From Hypanus sabinus (lineage: Eukaryota), in contig NC_082707.1 of assembly GCF_030144855.1 (NCBI RefSeq), forward strand, positions 39,432,001 through 39,496,000: a stretch of 64,000 bases of DNA. Direction: 5' to 3'. Position numbers and translations under genes: made by a program. Below the pieces are notes generated by a model that had not been told where the DNA came from, searched no databases, and saw nothing but the letters and a program-made list of their open reading frames with translations. This document shows positions 24,991-37,357 of the stretch, piece by piece. Each line of letters begins with the position of its first letter. The first letter of the stretch is position 1.

Positions 24991-25589
24991 CTGGATCTAT
25001 GCTACCAATATCAGGCATCTGGACATACTGGAAAGACACCACCATTGGCATAAAATCCTCTCATTTCACTAGAAGGAATGAGCGAGTCAATATCCTCTCC
25101 TAGTTCAACACTTAGGGCTAAGTTACGTGGTCAGATTTGTTAATAAGAAAAGATTCAAAACTAGGGTCAAAGCCTTGAAATGCTGTATCCCAGTTGGCTC
25201 ATGGCCCACAATCACAAGAAGCATAAAGGATGGATGATATGTAACTTTGAGTCTATGCATTGGGAGCACACAAAAGCCCTGCATAAAAGAAAGGGAGCAC
25301 ACCATCTGATGTATAAACATCATTTTGCCTGAGCTCCATTTATGGGAAAAATCTGTGCTTCCCATACTGGCCTCATGATTCCCCTTGGAATCCACAGAAT
25401 TGGAGGGGAATCAAATGATACTTGATCCTGAGAGACTGCTTGGGAAGCATGTGGTTTAAAACTAGTATTGATTTCTTTGAAGCTTGTATGGATTTTGCAA
25501 AATGGATGTTGTTTTAAAATGGTTCCTATTATACATTCACCCACTGAACAAGCTAGATATTAGGTTACAGTTTACCTTTCACTGGTTCT

Positions 25590-27500
25590 TAATAAAGTGA
25601 AAGGCAAGACTTGTAGGAACAGGAAACTGTGGATGACAAAGGATATTGAGGCTCTGGCCAGGAAAAAATAAAGACAGAGGCATGGTCCCGTACAGGGAGC
25701 TGGAATCAAGTGAATTTTTGGAGCAGAATAAGAGATGTAGAAGAATTCTCAATGAAATCAGTGGGGGTGGGGGGGGTGGAAATGGGATATGAGGTAATTG
25801 GCAGAGGAAATCAAGGCAAATCCGAAAAGATTTTTTAGCGCAGAAGAATAACTAGAGAGAGAATAAGGCCCTCATTGTCAAAGGGAAAACCTTTGTGTGG
25901 AGCTGCAGTGGATAAGCAATTCCTTAATGAATATTTCTCCTCAGTTTATATGATGGAGAAAGACACAAAGACTTCAGTACTTGGAAAAGTAAATGGGGAG
26001 ATCTTGGTGATAGTGTACATTACAGTACAAGTGCTGAATGTCTTATAATGGATGAAGGTAGACAAATCTCGAGGGTTAGAGCAGATTTATCCGAGAACAC
26101 TGTGGGACGCTTGATAAAATTGCAAGAACTTTGACAGAGATATTTGCATAATTTTTAGCCATGGGTGAGGTTTGGAGAGTAGAAAACATTGTGCCTTTAT
26201 TTATGAAAATCTGCAAAGCTGGGATTTATAGGCAAGTAAGTGTAATTTCTGTGGTGTGGGTAGGTTACTAGAGAAGATTTTGTGGTATAAGAGATGTAGT
26301 CAGCATTGTGCATGGTAGATCATTGTTCAAGCTTGATTGAATTTTTTTGATAGTGACTAAGAATGTTGATGAGGGCAGGGTGGTAGATGTGGTTTATTAA
26401 TGAATAATATTCAGTAAGGCTTTTGATAAGGTTCCACGTGGTAGGCTGCTTCGGGGAGAGCTAGTTAAATAAGTACATAATAGGCTTGATAGCAAAAAGC
26501 AAAGGGTGATAATGGAAGGTTGGTTGTTTCTCAGGTTGGAGAGCCAAGACTACTGGTGTGCCTCGGGTCAGTGCTGGACCCATTATAGTTATCTATAGCA
26601 ACAACTGGGAAAATATTACACAAAGCATGCTTAGTAAATTTGCAGATGTGGACAGTGAAGGAGGTTACGGGGGGGATCTTGATCAGCTGACTGTGTGCAG
26701 TGGAATGGCAGATGGAGTTCATTTTGAGTGCAGTATGAGATGTTGTGTTTTGGAAAGTCAAATCCAGGAAGGAATTTCACAGTGAATGGCAGGGACCTGG
26801 GGAGTGTTGTAGACAGGGATTGGAAGTGGAGTCACAGCTAGACGTGGTGGTGTAGAAGGCATTTGCAGTGCTGGTCCTCGGAGGTCAGGACATTAAAACA
26901 AAAAATTAGAGGTCATGGTGTGGTTGTACAGGTAGCTAGCAAGACCGCACTTGGAGTATTGTGTTCAATTTTGATCACCATGCTATAGGAAGGATGCCAT
27001 TAAACTAGAAAAAGTATGGAAAAGATGTACATGCATGTTGCCAGGATTTCAGACTGAGTTACAGGACGAGGTTGGACAAACTGGTACTTTATTTCTTGGA
27101 GTGTAGGAGATTGAGAGGTGAGGTTACAGGGATATATAAGAACATGAGGATTTCATATAAAATCACTCTGGATAAATTTATTTACCCATAGATAGGGTAA
27201 ATGTACTCAGTCTTTTTCCCAGAGTGAGGTTATCAAAACCAGAAGCTTGGAGTGAGAGAGAAAGATTTAGGAGAAACTTGAACAGCCACTTTTTAGATGA
27301 GGAGTGGTCTCTATGTGCTATCAGTTGCTGGAGGAAGTGGTTGAGGCAGGTAACGACTTTTTAAAGCAGTGGGCAGGTACATGGAAAGGTTTAGCAGATA
27401 ATGGCTAGATCCTGGTTAGTGAGACTAGCTTGCATGGAGCATCTTGGTCAGCATGGGCTAGTTAGATCGAAGGGCTGGTTTCTGTGCTCTAAGCATCTAT
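25590..27500 (+). mobile_element. Old degenerate CR1 ORF2
   Basis: Recognisable NPKRF, FSSV, FSKAFDKVPH, GSVLDP, SKFAD, LEYCVQF remnants and CR1 tail. Confidence 0.85.
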
Positions 27501-27668
27501 AACTGGTGAAGTAAGTTCCAGGGAAGTGAAGTATGCTGAAGCTTAATTTTGTATGAATTCGGTGAGATCCAAGAAATCTGCAAGCTTAACATGAAATATA
27601 CTTTTAAATGTTTGTGCTGTGTGGTATATTATAAAATAATCAAAATTTATTTTTAACTGCTAATAAGC

Positions 27669-30600
27669 CTATATAGGTCTTTAAAATTTTTAGTAATTTT
27701 GATACCAAGATAAGTGAAATAGTTTTGGGCAATATTAAAAGGTATTTGATCATAATAATCAGAATAATTATTAATAGGAAATAATTCACTTTTATGTAAA
27801 TTAAGTTTATATCCAGAAAAAATACCAAATTCCGTAAATATAGATAACATAAAAGGAATAGATTTCCTAGGACTTGAAATGTAAACTAATAAATCATCCG
27901 TGTATAATGAAACCTTATGTAATTTATCCCCTCTCTTAATACCCTGCACAGAATTAGAATCCTTAAGAGCAATAGCAAGTGGTTCTAAAGCCAAATTAAA
28001 TAATAAAGGACTAATGGGACAACCCTGATGGGTACCTCTATATAATCTAAAATAAGGAGACTTTTGATTATTTGTTATAACCACAGCTACCGGGGCCTGA
28101 TAAATCAATTTAATCCAGGAAATAAATCCCAGACCAAAATTAAACCTCTTCAAAACCTGAAATAGATAAGGTCACTCCACCCTATCAAAGGCTTTCTCTG
28201 TATCCAAAGATACAATACATTCAGATTCTTTGGCTGAGGGGGAATAAATAATATTTAACAATCTTCTAATATTAAAATGTGAGTACCTATTTTTGATAAA
28301 TCCTATTTGATTATTTGAGATAACATTAGGCAAGATATTCTCAAGCCTGTTTGCTAGAATCTTAGAAAGGATTTTAAAATCTACATTCAATAAAGAAATA
28401 GGTCTATAGGATACACATTCCAGTGGGTCTTTTCCTTTTTTTTTGGAATCAATGAAATTAGTGCCTCGTAAAAAGTTTTAGGAAGGTTCCCAGAGGGTGG
28501 AGAATCGGTAAACGTTTGATGAAGATGTGGTATAAGCATTTCATGAAAAGTCCTGTAAAATTCTACCGTATAACCATCAGGTCCCAGAGCTTTACCTAAT
28601 TGCATAGAGGATATAGCCTTGGCTATGTCCTCTTGTTTAATAGGTGCATTAACATATCAACATCTTGAACCAAAATTTGAGGTATGTTTAATCTTTGCAA
28701 AAATCTATTTGTAATAATAGTGCTATCAGAGAATTCAGATTTATAATGATTAGAATAGTCCATAAATATCTTATTAATTTCATAAGGATCTAAAGTTTCT
28801 GTTCTATCTGGTCGACCTATATAGGTATAATTTCTCCCCTTTAGTTGAATATGCTCAACAGGCGCTTTCTAAATGGTCGCCTATGTCGATGTCATTGGTA
28901 GGTTGAATAAATGCTATAAAAATGGTTATTCTACCGAAATTATTATATATATTTCAAGCAGTTCCCTCTTTTGTTCCAAAAACATTTTTTGATAAAATAG
29001 ATTCTCTGATTTTGTCTTATGTTTGGAATAATAAAAGCTCTAGAGTGAATAAACTTTTATCGCAAAAACCAAAAAAAGATGGAGGACTGGTCTTACCAAA
29101 CTTTAGATTTTATTATTGGGCAATTAATATTCATTATATTACTTTTTGGATTTATGATATAGATGACCAAGATCACCCTTCGTGGTTACAGTTGGAGGAA
29201 AATTCAGTAATGGGGTTTTCGTTAGCTTCTTTATTAGGAGCGCCTCTTCCGTTTTCGCTCTCCAGAATAGGTAGACCAGCTCTGAACCCCATTGTTAAAC
29301 ATACTTTAAAAATTTGGTTTCAGTTTCGTAGATTTGTTAAATTAAATGATTTTCTACTTTCTAGTAATATTTATTCTAATTTCTTTTTTAAACCAACTTT
29401 GGATGAGGCTTTTTTAACATGGAAAATTAAGGGAATAAAAACTTCCTTATGTTTGTTTTTACAGGACTGTTTAATGTCCTTTTCGCAGTTAATGGATAAA
29501 TATGACACCTCTAATACACATTTTTTCAGATACTTACAGGTTAGGAATTTTTTAATGTGATTTTTTTTTACCAAATTACCCCTTGGCCTGCTCTTTAAAT
29601 TTGGATTATGCTATTTTTCAGCTTATACCTTTTCAAAAATGATTAATAGCTATCATTTATAAACAGTCAATGAACGCTCGCATGACGCCTAATGATAGGG
29701 TTCAACACTTCTGGGAAATAGAAGTTCAACATTCACTTTCAGATAATCAATGGAGTAAAATTTATTATCTAGTCAATAATTCATCTATCTGTGCACGCCG
29801 TATTTTAATTCAGTTTAAGATAGTACACAGGGCCTATATGTCCAAAAATAACATATTTTTCCTAATATAAGCCCTATTTGTGACAGATGTAACGCAGAAG
29901 TGGCTACTCTAACTTGTATTTTTTGGTCATATGTAAACAAATAATTTTTGGAGGGATGTGTTTGGAATACTATCTAAAGTTTTAGATGTGGATGTTCAAC
30001 CTAATTTACTTACAGCAATTTTTGGGATTATTCCAGAGGAAGCAAGCAAAGTGTCTGCTTCCACTCAACATGTGATAGCCTTTTCAACTTTACTGGCTAG
30101 GAGAGCTATCTTGCTATACTGGAAAGACTCTATTCCATCTACTGTTTTTTATTGGGTCTCCTCCATTATGTCATGGCTCAGCTTGGAGAAAATCGGAAGC
30201 CGGACATTTGATACATCTTTTAATTTTGAACAAGTCTGGCGACCCTTTATTCAATATTTTCACATGATTTATTTATTTATTTATTTATTTATTTATTCTT
30301 TATTCTCTTTAGGGAAAATCTTTATCTATGAAGGTTTGGGGATGACTGGAAGGATGTTTTTTTTCTTTCTCTTTTTTCTAATTTTATCCTCAAATGGACT
30401 GCCCAATCTTTCTTTTCCTTTTTTTTGTTTTAGTTTAGTTAGTGGGGTTTTTCCCATTATCAAATAAAATTTCCAATCATTTTTTTATGGTTGTAGTTTT
30501 TTTTTACTATATTGTATATAACAACGTAACATTTTACCTATCTGATTTTGACAATATATACTTTGTTTTTTTTATCGCTGTTTAGATGTTTTTTGTATTA

Positions 30601-30671
30601 TCTGTTTGCTAAGCTTCTCTGATTTGTATATTCTTTATTGGAAAATCAATAAAAAGATTGAAAATGAAATG
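27669..30671 (+). mobile_element. L1-clade LINE, 5'-truncated with 5' inversion (27669-28813 minus, 28814-30671 plus), 14-bp TSD
   Basis: Minus part: GPDGYTVEFY, KILSKILANRL, QGCPISPLLF, YTDD, YLGI; plus part: ILPKLLYIFQ, GGLVLPNF, CDRC finger, AATAAA; TSD AACTGCTAATAAGC at 27655-27668 and 30672-30685. Confidence 0.93.
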
Positions 30672-30707
30672 AACTGCTAATAAGCTAATTTTTTAAAACT
30701 ATGATAG

Positions 30708-30865
30708 GGAGAGCTGTGAGCAGACAGATCCCTGTTGGTAGAAGGAAAGTTTCTGGACCCCGGAGAAGGCGATTTCAGGGTTTGATAACTGGTCTGGCAA
30801 CAAGAAAGGCTTTGATGCTACAGAAATCGATCAGTACACAAAGCAGGTTATCCTTGAGTCATAAG
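30708..30865 (+). CDS. FYTTD1: FYTTD1 exon 3
   Basis: gatag|GG..., GPRRRRFQGLITGLATRK...SHK|gtaaa; resembles human GVITGLAARK. Confidence 0.9.
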
Positions 30866-31306
30866 GTAAATTGTGCAGGGTTTTGCTTCTTGGCATTTAT
30901 TCTTTTGCATTGCTTTATTTGTAAGATGAACTGGTTGTACAATAACAAGTTTCCTCTTTGGTTTGCTGCCCTAGTTAATTGAAATCCACAGGAATAATGA
31001 ATATGCTATTTGTACTTCATTCAGAGGATGAAACAATAGCCTCAAAACAATTCTTTTAAACACAGATGCCCATTCTGAATGTGTTTTCAATATAAGCAGT
31101 ATCTCGGCCTTTTGGAACAAATACAGCCAAAAGGCCAATGATGAACAAGGCCATTGAACAATAAACTTCCAAACTTTTATTCTTCCATATTTGTTTGATG
31201 CAAACTTTTCTAACCAGAACTGCTGGTTGCTGAACAAAATGAGCAAGCACTGATAAATGTGCTAAGTGAGATCTTATTCAATGATATCTCTACAGAAATA
31301 AATAAC

Positions 31307-31880
31307 ATTGTACAAGGCATTGGTAAGGCCAAATTTGGAATATTGTGTACAGTTCTGGTCACTGAATTATAGGAAAGATATCAATAAATTAGAGAGAGTG
31401 CAGAGACGATTTACTAGGATGTTACCTGGGTTTCAGCACTTAAGTTACAGAGAAAGGTTGAACAAGTTACGTCTCTATTCATTGGAGCGTAGAAGATTGA
31501 GGGGGGATTTGATCAAGGTATTTAAAATTTTGAGAGGGATAGATAGAGTTGACGTGAATAGGCTGTTTCCATTGAGAGTAGGGGAGATTCAAACGAGAGG
31601 ACATGATTTGAGAGTTAGGGGGCAGAAGTTTAAGGGAAACACGAGTGGGTATTTCTTTACTCAGAGAGTGATAGCTGTGTGGAATGAGCTTCCTGTAGAA
31701 GTAATAGAGGCCAGTTCAGTTGTGTCATTTAAGGTAAAATTGTATAGGTATATGGACAGGAAAGGAGTGGAGGGTTATGGGCTGAGTGCGGGTAGGTGGG
31801 ACTAGGTGAGATTAAGAGTTCTGCACGGACTAGGAGGGCCGAGATGGCCTATTTCCGTGCTGTGATTGTTATATGGTTAT
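31307..31880 (+). mobile_element. Young CR1 3' fragment
   Basis: Uninterrupted 165-aa ORF2 C-terminus; near-identical to the 41610-43786 copy; possible ATAAC TSD. Confidence 0.93.
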
Positions 31881-33233
31881 ATAACTTTGTATTCCAGATT
31901 GTATTTTTATCATTTGTTGACAGTAAATATTGAGTTATAGAATTTGTAAAGGTTCCAGAGTTTTTATTTAAATGTTAAGAACGTTACTTTTAATTTCCCT
32001 GAAGTAATTGATTCCTTGTTGGGAGATGGCTGTGCAAGTGCAGGATACCCTTTTCAAAGATTCAAAATACATTTATTATCACAGTATGTATGCAGTATAC
32101 AACGCTGAAATTCATCTTCCCCACAGACATTCACAAAACAAAGAAGGACCATGGAACCAACCCGTTCAAAAAAAAAAATCAAACCTTCCCCCCCCACACA
32201 CATGAAAAAAATCACACAAATGTAACAAAAAAAACAAGGGAAAGCACAGAATGTAAAACACAACATCAAAAGGCATATTTTCGTACAGTTAAGCTCAGTG
32301 TTCATTATCTGCACACCATCCCAATTCAAAAATTGCCCAGAAGTAGTAACAACAAAGAGCAACTAGAACTAGAAACTAGAACACATCAAGTGATATCCAA
32401 CAATTGCCTCCAATGGTTTCTCTTCTCACATATCACTTTCCTCCTAGTGTTTTCCCTGAGACCAAAATTGGCCATCTTCCCTTTTGTCATCTACTTGCTT
32501 GTTTTGCAATACCGTTTTAAAGTGCATAATTTTCTGCATGTTTACCAGTTATATGAAGTACTACTACATCATAATATTTCATAACTTCTCTACTGTCTCT
32601 AAGATGTCAGGTTGCTTGACTTGCTGAGATGTACTTGATGAAGACAACTTATAATCTTGTTAAAATCCACTCTGCTTGGCTTATCTGCAGTTGAAAACCT
32701 AGTTCATACTTCTTACTTTTATTGACTTTTCTGATTTACTCTTGGCCAGATGCACTTAGTCTGTCCTCAATTTTTTTTTTAATTGAGATCTCCAAGAATC
32801 ATTTTTTTCCTGCCCTCCTTTACATTGTCCCATTCACTTATCCTGTCTTTGTTCAACACACTCTTGCTGAAAGAGACATTAAGCAATGCCTTTGTCCCTA
32901 CTCTGCAATCCCTTAACAGCCTAGCCCTCTCTTCTGCCTGTCATTATTGTGCAACCAGTAAACCAGGGTTATACAAGCTTTTTAATGCCATGGACCCCTG
33001 CTGTAAACCTTCAAGATATTCCAACTTCTCTAGTTCCTGGATTTTGATTATCCCCAGTTTTAATCATTTGGTCATTGTTTCATTTGCCAAGTGCTTACGC
33101 TCTGCAATTCCCTCTTCAGAGCACTACCACTCTACCCTTCCTTCCTTTAAAAATCTACCTACAAGCTGCCTTGAGTCTTTTGCTGTTAAAGTTAATGTAT
33201 GAATTCAATTTTGTATTTTTTTTAATTCTTGAT

Positions 33234-33312
33234 CAGGGGTTCCCAACCTGGGGTCCACGGTCCCCTTGCTTAATGGGGTCCATCAACATTAAAAAAAGGT
33301 TGGGAACCCCAG
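33234..33312. mobile_element. hAT/Charlie-type MITE (79 bp)
   Basis: TIRs CAGGGGTTCCCAACCT / AGGTTGGGAACCCCAG; degenerate 8-bp TSD TTCTTGAT/CCCTAGAT. Confidence 0.8.
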
Positions 33313-33906
33313 CCCTAGATGTATCTGAGCCTAGATAATTGGCAGATTAATTGACTGCAGGAGATGTCCTAAACAAATTCTTTTTTAACATCTGTCATTT
33401 AGACTTTTTGGCCTTGGTCATTTACAATTGATCAGAATATTGTCGCCAACTGTAAACTATTTAATATTTTTTCCACTGCAGTATTCCTGCCACTTAGTGG
33501 TGCAGTTTTTTTTATTTGGGAGTTCTCAATTCAGTGACTTAATGATTCCATTGTTGTCCTGGTAGTTTGTGTAACTCAAATTTACTGTTTTTGTGGTATT
33601 AAGACTGGCAAATTGGAACCTTATGAAGGAAATTGCTGCGAGCTTCCAAAACATTTTTCCAAAACTTTTCTGAGTGCATAGTGAATTTATTGAAAGGTGC
33701 AAAGTAGAACAGTAACTTGCAAAACAAGTTCAAATTTAGCCAGATATAGTAAATCCTAGACTTAAAGGGAAGTTCAGTATGATAAATATTATGGCAAATA
33801 ATTTTGAGTATAAGGAATCTGATTACGTCTCTCTCCTCCCTTCCCCCTCCCATCCTCCTTTTTAGGATGTCTGTATTTGGTGTTGATTTCTTCTAAATGA
33901 TTTCAG

Positions 33907-34013
33907 CAGGCTGGACGGAGAACGCCACTTCTGAAAACTACATCAGTATTTGGGCAGAATGAAGGACAGCAAAGATTTATGTCATCATTGAAGCATTCAT
34001 TGCAGCTAAAGAG
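33907..34013 (+). CDS. FYTTD1: FYTTD1 exon 4 (NAGNAG acceptor; alternative start 33910)
   Basis: ttcag|CAG GCT..., QNEGQQR motif, AG|gtgagg. Confidence 0.88.
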
Positions 34014-34057
34014 GTGAGGAGATGGATGAAGTTGATGGAGGATTCATGAAAGTAAAG

Positions 34058-34136
34058 CAGAGGTTCCCAACCTGGGGTCCATGGTCCCTCAGTTAATGGT
34101 AATGGTCCGTGGCATAAAAAAGGTTGGGAACCCCTG
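34058..34136. mobile_element. hAT/Charlie-type MITE, second copy
   Basis: Same TIRs; 8-bp flanks AAGTAAAG/GAATAAAG. Confidence 0.8.
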
Positions 34137-34242
34137 GAATAAAGGTTTAAGGATGGAATTTATATTCAGCATTGTGTTGAAATAGTTCTAGATTCATTAT
34201 GTAAAAAATAATTCTCCTTATATTGCCTTCTCATATTTTCAG

Positions 34243-34339
34243 GAATTCCATTCAGATGAATTTTCCCAGGATTCCTGTGCAGGCACAGCAAAATAAAGAA
34301 GCACGGCAAGCAACTTTTCTTTTCAAAAGAGGCCTAAAG
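34243..34339 (+). CDS. FYTTD1: FYTTD1 exon 5
   Basis: ttcag|G..., KEARQATFLFKRGLK|gtatt. Confidence 0.93.
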
Positions 34340-34682
34340 GTATTTAAGATTCTGCCCAAAGAAATTTTGGAAGTCCTATTGTTTTAATTCAATTAAATAC
34401 TTTTGTAATTAATCATTGATTACATTCATTCAATTTGAGCATTTAGCACTTGTATTTCAAAAGCCTCAGTTTCCTACATCAAGATGTCAATAGTTCAAAT
34501 TCCCAGGCTGATTCTTAACCTTGTTCATGCTTACTATTTACTTCAAGGCAACATTCTTAGCAGCAAAGGAAATAATTTATCAGTTTCAACATTCATATCC
34601 ATTTCCCTCGTTTAAACTTTTAGTTAATTGTAGAGTCATAGAATACTGATCTAAAACTCCAGTCACATTTCTGTGTCAAGGG

Positions 34683-35250
34683 TCATAAAACACTACAATA
34701 CAGAAGCAAGACCTTTGGCCCATCTAGTCCATGCCGAATCATTAATCTGCCTAGAAACATTGACCTTCACCCATACCATAGCCTTCTAAACCTCTTCCAT
34801 CCAAGTCCCTGCCCAGATTTCCTTAAATTTTGAAATTGACCCCACATCCACCACTGATAGCTTGTCCACACTCTCGCCACCCTCTGAATGAAAAAGTTCC
34901 CCCTCATGATCCCCTTAAACATTTCACTTTTCCTCTTTAATCCATGACCTTTAATTCTAGTCTCACTCAACTTAGTGGAAAAAGCCTGCTTGCAGTCAAC
35001 CTATGTATATACCCCTCATAATTTTCTATCAAACCTCCCATCCTTCTTCTACACTGAAGAGAATAAAATCTTAACGTATTCAACCTTTCCCTATAACTTG
35101 GGTCCTCCAGTCCTAGCGACATACTTGCACTCTTTCAAACTTATTGACATCTTTTCTATAGGTAGGTGACTAAAAACTGCACATGATACTCTAAATTAGG
35201 TCTCACCAACACTTTATACAAATTCAACATAGCATTCCAACTCCTGTATT
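34683..35250 (-). mobile_element. CR1 3' fragment
   Basis: GNFFIQRVARVW C-terminal motif and tail. Confidence 0.75.
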
Positions 35251-37298
35251 CAATAAACACAGACAAAATGCTGGAGGAACTCAGCAGGCCAGGCAGCATC
35301 TATGGAAAAGAGTACAGTCAAAGTTTCGGGCCGCAACCCTTCATCAGGACTGGAAGCAAAGATGAGTCAGATAAGAAGGTAGGGGGACGGGAAGAAGCAA
35401 TACAAGGTGATGAATGAAATTGGGAGGGGGCGGAGGAATAAAGAAAAGAGCTGAGAAGTTGATTGATGAAAAAGGGACCAATTTTGTCCTTATTGCTCTT
35501 TAGTATATCTGTAGAAACAGTTGGGATTCTCATTCACCTTGTCTGCTAGACTTTGTGCATTCTTTTAGCCCTCTTGATTTCCTTAAGTGTCCTCTTGCAT
35601 TTCTTATACTCAAATACCTCCCTTTGTTCTTGTTTCAGGGTCTCCATCTCTCTCAAACCATGGTTCCCTAAACCTGTTACCCTTGCCTTTTATTCTGACA
35701 GAAATATACAAAGCCTGTACTCTCAAAATTTCACTAGCACTGGCCCCAGTCTCCTTGGGAACTGTGGTGCTTATAATGTCTTAACTGTCCCTGTTCACTT
35801 CTTTTGAACTCTCTCTTGTGCATGTAGATTGATTTTTTTTTAAAGAACTTGTGCATTTTAAAGGTGCCACTTTAAAATAAAATCGTTAAGGTATGAATAA
35901 GCTTTTATCTATGTATTAATTTTTTTTACCATGCAGCCAAAATATATTTTCATATCCTTGTAGTTTTTTTTTCTTATGGTGTTCACTGCAGCTGCATTTA
36001 ACTCCAGAAATAACTTTGTTACCTGCAGTATAAATCATGGGTTTAATGTTAGTCATTTGAGCCGGTTATTTTAGTTGGTGGACATAAACAAGTATTGGAA
36101 AGCGGGTTTGATTTTACTTCCTCTTTTCCTGGTGTTCAAACAAAAATGTAATCATCTTATGTCTTGCTAGTGACAACATTTTGGTTATATCTTGAAAAGT
36201 AAACCTTTTTCTTATGAATTCCAATGTTTGGTTTTCAGCACACATCAGAAACTTTGTAAACTTTGAAATTTGAATTAATTTTCACAGGAATATGGGTGCT
36301 GATGGTTAGGTTACGTTTATTACAGAACCATATTCACCTTGGTGATAACGGATCTCATGGACGAAAGTAGCTCATTAGGCTTCAGGAGCTGAGACAATCA
36401 AGCCTCATTACCTATTAGTGGCAGGTAGTCATGGAAAGATTGGGAAGCTGTTGTTGCAGTAAATGTCTTGCCTGCTGATTGAAAGCCACAGTCCTGTGGG
36501 AGGCAAGGACTGGCCCATGTGAGGAGCACTGCAGCCTCACCCACTAGCTTCCGTTTAGATGATGATGTCATGGCGACCGTGGTATTTAAATCTAGCACGC
36601 AGTAACCTTGTGGTCTCTCTTTTTCCCGTTGGGTCTCTATGAACTAGGTAGACAAGGGTGCTGCAGAAATAGTAAACAGTGGTGATGATGGGAGAGGGGG
36701 TGGTGGGGTTTGGTATGCTGTGGTGCTGAAGGCCTGTGTGTGCACTCTAGTTAAGTATGTTTAGTGTCTATTTTGTCCTGCCACTTCAGGTGCTCAGTTT
36801 AGAAAAGAATGTGTCATTGAATGTTTAATGTTGTTGGCTTGGGGGGCTTAGATAAGTACTTGTTTGACTCAGATGCTTGGTTGAGTGTTTCACTGTTTGT
36901 CTTGCAAGTAAATAGTCAATGTGCTAATCGCAAACAGGGTTTTCAGTCCCACTTACTGAATCCATAAATCCGCTTCATCATAACAGTTGTGTATTACCTT
37001 ACTTCAGCATTTATTTATAATTGTTTGTATTTGCAGTGTTTTGACATTTATATTGTGTCTTTTGTTTTTGGTATTAACTCTATTTACTTTGTAGACCTTT
37101 GTAAATTAAGCTCACCTATGTTTCTAGTCCAATGAGCAAATTTATTATGAATTCAAAATTTGTATGTTCTTCTGTAAGTGCTGACTTTCACTATTTTGGT
37201 GCATTATGCCACCTTGGCGACTAGAAATCCTGTCTTGTTTTTCTCTGAGTAATGGAGAAGGGAAGATATTGATGAGCTTTTTTTTCCAAAAAAAACAG

Positions 37299-37357
37299 GT
37301 GCACATGCAAACTGAACAAGGGATGAAAGGAAGATCAATTAAGAGACAAATGCGACA
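37299..37357 (+). CDS. FYTTD1: FYTTD1 exon 6
   Basis: aacag|GTG, VHMQTEQGMKGRSIKRQMR-CA|gtaagt; phase 0-2. Confidence 0.85.

Noticed and set aside
23690-25590. Possible old DIRS-like or other TE remnant between the SINE and CR1
   Set aside because: No diagnostic motif could be read; left unassigned.
32090-33202. 164-aa and 139-aa ORFs
   Set aside because: Derived from an antisense LINE tail and low-complexity intron sequence.
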